Assembly (NCBI RefSeq): GCF_026571515.1
Contig: NW_026855520.1
Coordinates: forward strand, 1-64,000
Reading direction: 5' to 3'
Origin: Ruditapes philippinarum
Lineage: Eukaryota
Length of the DNA stretch: 64,000 bases
Positions 11,015-23,705 of the stretch are shown here, one piece after another. The notes beneath the pieces were generated by a model that was given only the letters and a program-made list of their open reading frames with translations, had not been told where the DNA came from and searched no databases. The translations under genes were made by a program, and so were the position numbers. Every line of letters begins with the position of its first letter. Within the stretch, counting starts at the first letter, position 1.

Positions 11015-14000
11015 AAAGCTGCTGTCCTTATGTTGATTAAATTTTCTATATGACTGACAAAATAAGTGTCATCATAAAAGTATGTAAGATTTTAAAATGC
11101 TGAAGCTGTTATCAAGTGATGTTATCAAAGACTGAAACTGAAAGTCACTTTATCTATTTTTATAATAACATGTATTTTTCTTAAATTTTCTTACGCAAGA
11201 CACTTTAAAACACAGTTATTCTCCCTCAGTTTCATTCATATTTCAAATGTGATAAAATCTTAAATCTTAAATTAGGAAAAACTCTCACTTGAGCCGTAAC
11301 ATGTATGTACTTAACCTTAAATTAGGAGTTTTTAAAGTTATGCTAGGATTTCTAGAAACAATATTTCCTAAATAAGATTATTTTCCAGAATAAACCATCT
11401 TTTTTGTTACTTCCACTATTGTAACCGTTTAATAACCGTTGAATAAAATATAAATTATCACAGAAAGTGTAACTCTATGTCATTCGAAATTGTGTTCATA
11501 AATCAGTGAGAATGATAAAGTTTGTAAAGGTATGGTCAGTCATTTTTCTAGTCCATTACAGTTCCATATCGAGCATAATTTAGTTATCAATTAAACCAAT
11601 GATTGGTGCCCTACATTATTTACCGATATTATAGCGAGTTCTTTGAATAAAAATATATTTTACCTTAGTGTTAACGTGACATTTATATTAGACAGCTCTG
11701 ATTGGTGCATTTTGCAGATGCGCGATGACGTAGAATCCTACCATTGCCGCTATATCAGAAGAACTGCGATGCCTGATCATACAACATAAATTATAACAAA
11801 AGTATAACTCTTTGTCATTTGATTGCTTTGTCAATAAATCAATGAGAATAATAAAGTCTGTAAAAAAAATGGTCAGTCATTTTTCTAGTCCACCACAGTT
11901 CCATATCGAGCATTGAGTTACCAACGTTTTCCTTGGTATCTATCTGAAAATCTTTACCATTATCATATCGCATCATCAAATACCCATGTTGTTTCCTGCC
12001 TCCTGTTCGAGGTTCTACTTCATAAAAAGTGTCTTCCTCTGTTTCAACTCCGAGATGAAACTGGTGTTTTGTAACATTTTATATCCGTTTGTTTGTCGCT
12101 AGAATTACTGGCATTTTTTGTCTCAGTTAACATGGTACTATTTAATGTTCATGAAATGCGACGGATCATAGGAGCCATTGATTCGAAACGCTCTTCCTAA
12201 CTTAATGCTCGACAATTTTTTTTGGGAGCCGTTATGTCTCTACGTTGAGTATGCTGAATTTCATTCTTATCTGTCTTTTAAGTAATCTTTTTTTCCCTCT
12301 AAATCGCTTTTGTTGCTCATTGATTGCTCCTGCATTTTCAGTTCTCTCCTTCATCTCTCCCCCCAGTAGTTTCAATTTGAGCACATACCGGTACTTCACG
12401 ATTTACTTCATGGTCACCATATGCGAGTGCGCATATACATGAACTACATTTCCATTAATTTGTGATCAGCTAGAAACATAAGATGTTTTGATTGAACTGT
12501 TATTACAAATAATAATATTATTTGATCATATTTATATGCGCAATACTATGAAATATTCATTCATTTCGAATAAACTGCCGTTTAGTCGGGTAACTTTGAA
12601 GAAAACCCAGCGGTCAGATCACTGTCGAGTTACACTTGCGGTGAGTTTTAGATTACACATCTTCTGATAACTTGAAATGATCGTAATGACAGCTTTATTT
12701 CCTTTAAGAGTAATCAATTCCCTACTATTTGGTACTAAGATATTGAAAATTGGTGAAAAAATGTTGAAGTTATGGAGTTCATATTAAGATGAGTGCTGAA
12801 AATTGAGCGGCGAGTTGCATACCTTTACTAAATATATATGTATCAATTTTTTATTTTTGGTAGGAAATGAAGTTTATTGAATTAAAAGCATAAACCAAAT
12901 ATTAAAACATATTTCAAATGAAAAATACTGTATTTTACATGGTTTTGAGAGGTATGAGGGCTGTAGAGTGGGTGTGGGGGTGAGGGGGGGGGGTGCGGGG
13001 GTAGTGACCAATCAACGCGCCGAACACCTATGGTAGGAAGGAATGAATGTCGGTTATATTATTAAAGCTTTTAAGAGTAACCGCGTTCAGTTCAAACATA
13101 GATGCATACAAACATACAAATGTAAATACTATTACGTCCAGCCGTTAATAAATTGGTTTTCGCAAATATTCAGGTTATTTATGTTGTATTTTGGCAACAG
13201 TTGTAAGAATCAAATAAGTAATGGTTAGTTTCTGTTCAAATCTGATTTACTATTTCACAATTTACATTTGCCTGTCATAAACTATGTTCATTAATATGCC
13301 ATGTAAAATTAGACACTTAGTTATTGTAGATAATATACCACAAAGTAATAAATATACTTTTATTTATCAGCAAGAAAAACTGGTAATAAGCACTGAAAGG
13401 AATCGTGTTTTTATGAGCAAATAATTGTATGTTAATCATAAGGAAAGTAGAAATGCTTGTCAAACACGCGTTCTCTTTTCCTCTGTTCTGAAAATGTAAC
13501 AATCATTACATTTAAACTCTCTTTATTTTCTTTGAGAAATATTGTCGTCATCTTACAATGTTAAGTATTTACTTCTGCTTATTCAATATATTTCATTTAT
13601 ATGTGAACTAATGGAAAATGATTGGACAAAGCCAAAAGTGGTGTGTAGAATAATTATTCTTGTCTCATTTGTTACATTGTTGGCTGAAGTAATTTATGTG
13701 TTAATCTTCTTTTATAAACTTCTATTTCAAAGATGTTGACAAATTACGAAAATGATAAAGATGTCTTAAAGGATTCCGCAATCTTCCACACAAGTAAGGT
13801 CTACCATACCTAATAGATGTGTGAATATGTATGTGATAGAACCTGAGCATTTCAACTGTCTTTTTTTGACAAATAAAATACATTGTGCAGCCATTGTAGT
13901 AGTTCTTGTATTCATCGGCCTTTAGGCTCGGATATGAAAAAGTATTTCTTTCCATTAACAAAATCAATTGCTTTGAAATATTATTCTTTTTATGGTTAAA

Positions 14001-14222
14001 TATTATCATAAAGATGGATGGTAAATGGACTTGGAAGACAAAGTTTTCTTAAGGACAGCCATCGGCATGCGAATAAATGATAATACACTTGATTTAATAT
14101 AGTATTGAAGATGAAACACAAAAGACCCATTATATTTATCAATATTTCTGAGACTACATTAAAATGATCTCAAAACAATATTGAAAAAGAACTGACCATT
14201 TGCGTATGCATCGTCATTGAAA

Positions 14223-15498
14223 ATGGAGAAATATCAAAGTTGAATAATTGATTTTTTTGTGTTCATGTCTGCCTTGCATACAGCGATCTGCTACTTGCAT
14301 AGTGAAATGACCAGACTTATTGAAGATCTTTTCAACAAAACAAGATATAGCTAGCAGACTTATTCACGCAATTTATAAGCAGGATAAAGTCATGGAGGTA
14401 ATTATTGATAATTTTGGTTAGACTAAGTCATGATTCAAATGCAGTTTGTTTTTGTATTACCCTTAACCAGCTTTAATCGATTGTGATTGGCTTTTGCCAC
14501 TAGTATTCAGTTATACTCAAACCGCCTGTACATCCATGAACTTGGTACCATTGTTCTATATTGTTGTTATCTCATGTTTAATAAGTTCGTCTGTTTCGAA
14601 AAAAAAGTCATACTTTTTTATTACAGAGGCATACACATGAAGTTGTTGTCGTCATGTGCAATGTAGCTTATCATTCAAATATTTTAAAAGTTATCGACAA
14701 CTATAGGATAACTTGCTAACCATGACAGTTGTGCAGTTGTTAGGGACACAATCTGAAAGCAATATTTTTTATGTCTTCCTTTCATTCGTAGAATATTTTT
14801 CAAAACAGATTATAATGGTTGTTGCCCTAAACAGACGAGCTTTAAAACCACATGCCGGGCTCTTTTTGTATGTATTTATTTATTTATTTAGTTGCAGTTA
14901 GTTTATTTTTTGTAATTAAATAATTTTCATTTACTCTTTTATATTTGGAAGCGACTGTCTGCTCAAAAATCAAAGCCGAACAAATACAATACCTTTTGAA
15001 AATTGAACATAGATAATTAACAATAAGGCAAATCCCATATCACACATAATAATTTTCTTGTAGAATAAAGNNNNNNNNNNNNNNNNNNNNNNNNNNNNNN
15101 NNNNNNNNNNNNNNNNNNNNNNNNNNNNNNNNNNNNNNNNNNNNNNNNNNNNNNNNNNNNNNNNNNNNNNNNNNNNNNNNNNNNNNNNNNNNNNNNNNNN
15201 NNNNNNNNNNNNNNNNNNNNNNNNTTTAAATTCCTTTAAAACACAGGTCAACATAACTCCTAAAATAATGACTATTGAAAGTCTGGACTTAACAAAGGGT
15301 GAACTACTTACCATCATGTATATTCAGCTGTCATGGATCGACGAGTTTCTGATGTGGAATCCCTTTGAGTATGTAGGTATCAACAAGGTTACCCGTACCT
15401 TACGAAAACTTTGGATACCACCATTATCACGACCAAACGTAGCAATGAAAGAGAAGTCAGGTCAAATAATAAATCCTGGTTTTGCCCAAGTTTTCGTT
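14223..15498 (+). pseudogene. nAChR-like copy 2, truncated pseudogene (exon 1 14223-14397; exon 2 from 15247, breaking off at ~15498)
   Basis: TGA at codon 7 (14241), a 4-bp insertion in exon 1 and a frameshift near 15383. The exon ends after INPGFA and joins sequence upstream of copy 3. Spans the N gap. Confidence 0.88.
15071..15223. other. Assembly gap (153 N)
   Basis: Run of N. Confidence 1.
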
Positions 15499-15939
15499 AT
15501 ACTTATTAAGTTATACACTTAAGATATACCATAACTTGTTGATGTGTGATAAAATCTTAGCATTTCATCTCTTCTTTTAGGCATTGCAGTGGCTCTTGTA
15601 ATTGATAGGATATCTTGTGCAGTGATGTGAAAAAAAGTACATTTTTTTTTCCACGAAAAAACTTAATTGCCTTAAAAATATTTGTTGCTCAATGGTTAAA
15701 TATTATTATAAAGATAGGTGGTAAATTGACTTGAAAGACAAAGTTTTCTTAAGGACAGCCATCGGCAAGCAAATTCATGATAATACTCTTTATTCCATAT
15801 AGTATTGAATGCGAAACACAAAAGATCCATTAGAATTATCAATATTGCTGAGACTATATTTAAATGATAGCAATTTACTGCCTCAAAACAATATTTAAAA
15901 ATTACTCACCATTTGCGTGTACATCGTAAATGATAGAAA

Positions 15940-18900
15940 ATGGAGACATATCAAAGTTGAATAGTTGCATTTTATATGTTCATGTCTGCCTTGCATCCAG
16001 CGATCTGCTACTTGCATAGAGACATGACTAGACTTATTGAAGATCTTTTCAACGACAAAAGATAAAGCAGAATTATCCGCCCAATTTATAACCAGGATAA
16101 AGTCATGGAGTTATCAGTTGATAATTTTGATTTTATACCTTCTTTTCACCAGGACAAAGTCAAGGAGGTCAAAGTTGATTAATATGGTTTGTCAGACTTC
16201 AAAAACCGTTTGTTTTTGCTTTACCCTTAATCTGATTGGAGCGATTTTGATTGGCATTTGCCATTAGTATTCAGCCACTCAAGCCGGCTGTGAATCGCCG
16301 AACTTGGTTCTATATTGTCATTATAATAATATGATTATATTAGTTTGTCTGTTTCGAGAAAAAAAGCCATACCTTAATGTTGTCAATAAATTTTGTTATC
16401 TAGGTGTAATGTTATCAAGTAATGGAAAATTTTATAATGCTCAAAAAACTTTATCTGGGCAAGCACTACGTGCCCTATTTACTCTTACTCATTATTTGAT
16501 GTTGTATCTTTAGCTGTCTCAGAAAAGTTGAAATTGTTTGATGCAATGATTTTGCCAATTTTAAACTATGGATGTGAAATATGGGGATTCCATAAAGCCC
16601 CTGATATTGAAAAAGTGTACATTTCTTAAACAGATATTGCATGTTAGACAGCAAACCACTAACATTACTGTATATGCTGAACTTGGTAAAGTACCATTAG
16701 ATATAATTAGGAAAGAACGTATTCTTAAATATTGGTGTAAAATTGTGAATTCTCCAAATACAATGGTGCACAAAAGTTTTATAGATAGTAAGCATAACAA
16801 TGTTAAGGATTCTTGGGCAGTATTTGTTAAATCATTACTAGAAAACTTAGGTTTTGCATATTTATGGAATTGTATTTCCATTTCTCAATATCAATTGAAT
16901 GCTGTGATCGAAAGATTGTATAGTCAATATTATCAAGATTTATACTCAATGATTGATACAATGCCAAAACTGAGTACCTATAAAATTATAAAAGATTGCA
17001 TTGGATTTGAAAAATATTTGACGTGTGTCAAAACTGATGTTTATCGTATTGCATTAACTAGATTAAGATGTTCATCCCATAGACTTGCAATTGAAGAAGG
17101 TCGTTTCAGAAATGTTGTAAGAGAAGATAGAAAATGTATATATTGTAAAATGAATGCTATTGAAAATGAATATCATTTTGTTCTTGTGTGCCTGCATTAT
17201 CGAGATATAAGAAATGCATGTCTCCCTAAATATTATTGCCATTGGCCAACGTCTCAGAAATTTAAAACTTTGTTAACTACACAACAGTCGAATGTTTTAA
17301 ATAAGTTAGCAAAATTTATATATTTAGCAAATATAAAACGCACTGCATTTACTGATTAGATTTATATTAGTTCAAATATAATACTGTATTACTTTTTATG
17401 CATGTAAAGCACATAATTTTGTTTGTGTGGCCTGGTAACATGTACCGATCTTGTATTATACATGTTTATACTTATACGACCCAGTTATCGGAATATTTTA
17501 TCGGACAATGTAGTAGTCACTTGCAAATAAATTTATGTGCTATCGAATTGAAATGTATAAATATGAGTGTTTCCTTATACATATATATTATAATTGACAT
17601 TTATCATCATTCTTTGTATATAACATACTCTTCTCATGATATTTGTTGCCGCCTAATATATTCATTTAGGCAAAAAACTGTATATAATGTTTATATGCCT
17701 AATAAAATATTGAATTGAATTGAATTATATGATCACTGCGGCATATAGTTGTTGTCGTCGTGCAAAAACTTTAATGTTCAATGTAGCTCATCATTCAAAT
17801 GTTTCAAAAGTTATAAACATCTTGGATAACATGCTAATCATGAAAAATGTGCAGTTGTTAGACAAGGGACATAATCAAAAAGCTTCATTTTTAGATATCA
17901 TCCTTTCAATCTCAGAATATATGTTAAAATTGATTATTATAGTCGTTGCCCTAAACAAACTAGAGTCAACACCACATGCCGTGCTCTTTTTTGTATTAAT
18001 TGATTGATTGATTTATTTATTTTAAATTATTTCATTTATTTTTTATTCTTGGTATTCACATCCTTTATTCTTTTATTTTTGTAAGTAACTATGTGCTCAA
18101 AAATCAAAGCCGGACAAGAACAATATGTGAATTTTGAAAATCAAGGATTGATAATTAAAAATAAGGCAAATCCCATATCACACATTAATAAACTTTTTGT
18201 TAAATTTTGATTAAAGATAATATCTACATGTATGGCTTTATTATTTAAATCTGAATAAATTCCTTTTATACACAGGTCAACATTACTCCTGGAATTATGA
18301 TTATTGAAAGTCTGGATTTAACAAAGGGTGAACTACTTACCGTCATGTATATTCAGCTGTCCTGAGAGTTTCTGATGTGGGATCCCTTTGAGTATGGAGG
18401 TATCACAAAGTTACCCGTACCTTACGAAAAACTTTGGATACCACCTTTATCACAATCAAACGGAGCAATGAAAGAGAATTCAGGCCAAATAATAAATCCT
18501 GGTTTAGCACCAGTTTTTGTTCTACCTAATGGAATGGTGTTCTTTGTCACTACAGAATACTACGTAACTAAATGTGAAATAGACTCTAGTTTGTATCCAT
18601 TTAACTTGCATAAATGCACTTTATATTTCTTTTCCGCATTTAATGATGTCACAGAAATGGAGTTGAATTCACATAAATCTGATTTTGCCTTAGAGTAACT
18701 TCAACAAAATGATGATTGGCTTCACACAAAGACTGATTTTAAAATAGACACATATTCAGCCGATAACACTAATAACACTAAAACGAAGACATATTTTTGA
18801 AATCATAAATGTTTTTCTGCCGATTCTTCTGTTAACAGTTCTAAACCTTGCAGCTTACATTGTTCCTGTCAATTCAGGAGAGCGTCTCTCATTTTCTATC

Positions 18901-19352
18901 ACTTTATATCTTTCATTTGTATTCATAACTTTGGCGTCGCAAAGAATATAGCGTTTTCCTCCTATATTATGCTTTCTTTAAACGTCCTCAATACATCAAG
19001 TGTACTTTGGAGTGTGTTTATGGTGCGGATGGCAACTTGGGCAAAGTAAACAACACTGGTACCATTTTCCTAGCAGAAAGTGGTAAGGTTTTTTCAAAAT
19101 ATAGGTTCGACCACTACTACAAAAGTCCATCGAAATTTGAACACAACAGATGACGATTCCGATGTAATCTCAATTGATAAAGGTCTTGAAAATTCTGACA
19201 TTCATGAAAATGAAATACCGATAGTTGAAAAAGAATCAATATTGTGGTCTGATGCAGTGAAAGTCTTTGACAAGATTTACTTTACGGTCACAACTGTTTT
19301 AGTCACATTCGTTATTTCAGTCATGATTTGTCTGTGGCATCTTTCTGAATGA
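15940..19352 (+). pseudogene. nAChR-like copy 3, near full-length pseudogene (exon 1 15940-16110; exon 2 18276-19352)
   Basis: TGA at codon 7 (15958), splice donor mutated to TT (16111), LINE in the intron. Deletions near 18365, 18763 and 18932, and stops at 18696 and ~19047. Confidence 0.92.
16373..17727 (+). mobile_element. 5'-truncated non-LTR retrotransposon (LINE; RTE-X-like, clade tentative) in the copy 3 intron
   Basis: RT C-terminal FCYLGVMLSSNG. ORF 16568-17359 has RLRCSSHRLAIEEGR..CIYC..ENEYHFVLVC zinc motif. AATAAA plus a (TTGAA)3 tail. Absent from the matching intron site of copy 4 (~24130). Confidence 0.9.
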
Positions 19353-21720
19353 AATAGTGGTGTCCTTTTGTTGATTAAATTTTATATATGACTGACAAAA
19401 TAAGTTAAATATTCATCATGATAGTAAGTAAGATCTTAAAATACTGACGCTGTTATCAAGTGATATTATCAAAGACTGACACTGAAAGTCACTTTATCTA
19501 TTTTTATAATAACATGTATTTTTTTTAAATTTATTTCGCAAGACACTTTAAAACACACTGTTATTCTCCCTCACTTTCATTCATATTACAAATTTAATAA
19601 AATCCTAAAGTAGGATAATCTCTCACTTGAGCCGTAACATATTATTTAAAGTTTTTAAAGTTATGCTAGGATTTCTAGAAACATAACTTCTTAAATGAGA
19701 TTATTTTCCAGAATAAACCATTTATTTCTTTTATTTCCACTTCGGTAACCGTTTAAAAGCTTGGGTTATAATATTGGGCTATTTGTTGCTTGCAATGGCA
19801 CAAAAATTCTCAATCAAATTATCAAGAACATAAACTAAACATAAATGAACACAAAATAAAAAAAATAGAATTTCAAGAATAAAGATATTTGCACAAACTT
19901 CAACAAAAATACAGTCCGATTGGAAGCATTTTGCAGGTGAGCGATGAAGTAGTTTCTTACCATTGCAACTATATCAGCGCTGTTTTGCTTACAACTACGA
20001 TGCTTGAACTTAATGAATAAAATATAAATTATCACAAGGAAACGTATCTCTATGTTATTCGAATTCCGTGTTCATAAATCAGTGAGAATGATAAAGTTTG
20101 TAAAGATATCGTCAGTCATTTTTCTGTTCCATTACAGTTCCATATCGAGCAAAATTTAGTTATCAATGTGTTCCTTGGAATGAGCAACTCTTTTACAATT
20201 AACGTGGAGCACATCATCAAACTATGCTACTTCATCAAAGTGTATTCCTCTATGTTTCAACTCCCAGATGAAAATGATCCGTTTGTAATAGTTTATATTG
20301 TGATTGTGGCATTTTCTTCATAATAAACATGCTAGTAATAAATAACATACAATTCGACAGCTCATATTTTGCGTCTTATATGATCCGCTAATCCGAAGCT
20401 CTCTCCTTAACTTCATGTTCAACACATATTTTGTAAGCCGTTTAATCATCACCATATATTTCCCAATAGAATTTCAATCATTTCAGTCTGGCTTGTAGGG
20501 TTTTTTTTCCGTCAGAAATGAGATTATTGAGCATTGACTTCGCCTGCATTTTCAGTTAGGTTTCTTTTAACTCCTTCCCCAGTTTTAATGTGAGAAGACG
20601 CTATTCGATTTACTTCGTGGTCACCATATACGAGTAGGCATACACTACATTTCAATTAATCTGTGATCAGGAAGAACAATAATCACTTAAAGTACATAAA
20701 GACTCAGACATTTGGGGGGAACCCCCTGTAAACCAATTTTGCTCAGTTTCTTCTATTTCAGGCTTTATAAATTGATAAACACTTCTACATCTTCGTTGTT
20801 GATACTTTTGTCATCAGTCTATTTCATATAGGTATGTATGAAAGCCGATTATATTTTCGAAGCCTTTTAAATGTAGCCCCGTTTCGTTTAAACATTGATA
20901 AATACACACAAACATACAAATGTACATACCTTACATCCAGCGGTAATTTAATTGGTTTTGACATATCTCTCGGCTATTTATGTCATATTTAGGCCACAAT
21001 TGTAAGAATCGAGCATTACCTGTCCTATAATTTGTTCATTTAATTGCAATGTAAAATCAGATACTTAGTCTGTAGATGATAAACTTTAAAATGATAATTG
21101 TACTTTTATTCATCAGCAAGTAAAACTAGTAATCACCACTCAAATATTTGAAAATAATCGTATTTTCATGAGCAAATAATTGTATGATTGTTAAGCATTA
21201 AGAAAACAGAATTGATTGTCAAACATGCAATCTCTTTTCTGATGTTCTGAAAATGTAATAATTCAATTACATTTAAACTCTTTTTCTTCTAGGAACAATT
21301 ATATCGTCATCTTAGTTACAATATAAAGCATTGTTTTTTTTATTCAATATGTTTCATTCATAAAAATATGTGTACAAGTGAAAAACGATTGGACAAAGCC
21401 AAAAGTGATATTTAGAATAATTATTCCTGTCTCATTTGTTGGCTGAAGTAATTATGTTGGAATCTTCTTCAATAAACTTTTATTTCAAAGATGTTGACAA
21501 ATTTAGAAAATGATATAGATGTCTTTGACGATTCAACAACCTTCCAAACAATTAAGATTGTGAACTTGTGGATGTGTGAATCTGTATGTGATAAAATCTG
21601 AGCATTTCGTCTCTCCTTTTAAGCCATTGCAGTGGTTCTTGTAATTAATAGGATATTCTTGTGCAGGGATGTGAAAAAGTACATTATTTCCATGAAAAAA
21701 CTTAATTGCTCTTAAAATAT

Positions 21721-23440
21721 ATAGTTTAAACAATATTTTATTAATGAGCATTACATTTACATGATAACTGACAAATAATAAATAGTACGGATTGAGTAGG
21801 AAGCTTGAAAAGCTTTTTTTAGAAACTCTTTCCGTAATCACTATCACAAAGAGTATGTAAAATGGTAACAATTATATGCATTTTTGTGTTAAATATACAT
21901 AATATTTTCACTATAAACTTGCTTCTTTACATGTACAAGAAAGTTAGCAATTTGCACTCTGTATTTCCTACTCGAAACGACATTAATTATAAAAAATAGA
22001 CATAAAAATGTGAAGAAAAACCCTATAGCTCTATAGCATGAATACACGTAAGTGATCAATGCACAAATTAGCACGTTTAAACTTATCAAGGATAATAATA
22101 GAACTTTTAAACATATTTAAAAAAGATAAATAAAAATAAAGATATGGAAACGTAAGTTAATTGTTGAAATATTTGGGTAATAGAAGGTAAATAATAATGT
22201 GGAAACGTAAGTTAATTGTTGAAATTGTTGGGTAATAGAAGGTAAATAATAATGTGGAAACGTAAGTTTATTGTTGAAATAGGTAGGAAATAAGAGACAG
22301 ATTTGAGAGAAAGAAAAAGAAAGACAACAAGAAATGGTCACTATAATACTATGGAGTTGATGGAACGAGTTTATAATATACTTTTGAGAAGATATTATGT
22401 ATCTAAATCTCTATTTCATATAAGTCGAAATAATACCTTTCTATTACATTTCAAAACGTTTTGTTTTGTGTAAATATGAGTGTATATGAAGGACTATTGT
22501 TTCATTTAAATCGTCAGCAATTGAATTATCACCATAGAGTAAAACGTTAAGTGTGACCGTTGTTATTTCACTAAAATTGTTAAGGAGAACATTTCGTTCA
22601 TCTTGGTACCTTGGACACGAGAAGAAATAATGAGATGTGTTTTCTAGGTCGCCACATTCACAAAGTGGACTTTCTATTATGTTTTTGAAAACAAAATTTA
22701 ATGTTCTTTGAGAGAACTACAATGTGTTCTTAGTCTTGTGTGTATAATCTGGTATTTTCTCTCACCTACATAATAATGAGAAGGCACACTTTGGACATCT
22801 TCATTAAGTCATGAAAATTGAAATGGATGGTGAATTTCTGTAATTAACGGGAATATTGTTTCAGTCTTAAATTGATGATGGCAAAAATGAATGAGATTAA
22901 GGTTGTGTGTGACAAAATATATTTCTAGTGTGGTCTGCATTTCGTAAATTATAATCTGAAGATTCTCCTACTGTATCGGGAAGTAATGAAGAGAGGAAAT
23001 AAGAAGAAAGATTATTGAACATTTTATAAAGAAGAATTTGTTTGTGTTTGTACATAGCACCTTACTTTATGGGGTTGGATGCAAGTATCTTCATAAAGAT
23101 TAGAGATAGTTTTGTTGTACCGGTTATTATTCTGCAGGCTTCAAGTTGAATTTTTTCAAGTTCAAATTCATCTTGTTGAGTAATGTTGTCTCAAACATCA
23201 TCCGAGTATTCCAGAAGGGGCCGAATGAAAGAGAGATATATAGTTTCTAGTGACTAACGATCAAAAATGAATTTCAAAGATCTCATAATATAAATTCTTT
23301 GCCAAGTTTTTTGGTAATATTTTGTATGCGGGAATGCCAATTTCCATCATTAGAAAATGTTACTCCAAGATGTTTGTGTGAGGTCACTTCATTTATTTTC
23401 ACTCCGTTCATTGTCAAACACTCTGTACATTGTCAAAATG
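21721..23440 (-). mobile_element. 5'-truncated, decayed CR1-type LINE upstream of copy 4, with 7-bp TSD AAAATAT
   Basis: Minus-strand translation gives NEVTSHKHLGVTFSNDGNWH (~23335-23395), SFIRPLLEYSD, HTRLRTHCSSL and SPLCECGDLENTSHYFFSCPRY (~22605-22672). AATAAA at the 3' end (~21737-21742). TSD at 21714-21720 and 23441-23447. Empty site upstream of copy 3. Confidence 0.88.
22146..22281. repeat. 55-bp tandem repeat, ~2.5 units, in the CR1 3' UTR
   Basis: GGAAACGTAAGTT recurs at 22146, 22201 and 22256. Confidence 0.9.
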
Positions 23441-23705
23441 AAAATATTTGGTTCTCTATGGCTAAATATTATCATAAAGATAGATGGTAAATTGACTTGA
23501 AATACAAAGTTTTCTTAAGGACAGCCATCGGCAAGCAAATTAATGATTCTAATCTTGATTCCATATAGTATTGAATTTTAAACACAAAAGATCCATTAGA
23601 ATTATCAATATTGCTGAGACTATATTTAAATGATAGCAATTTACTGCCTCTAAACAATATTTAAAAATTACTCACCATTTGCGTGTACATCGTAAATGAT
23701 AGAAA

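Noticed and set aside
12968-13003. G-run tract with G-quadruplex potential
   Set aside because: Present upstream of one pseudogene only and not conserved in the paralogous units.
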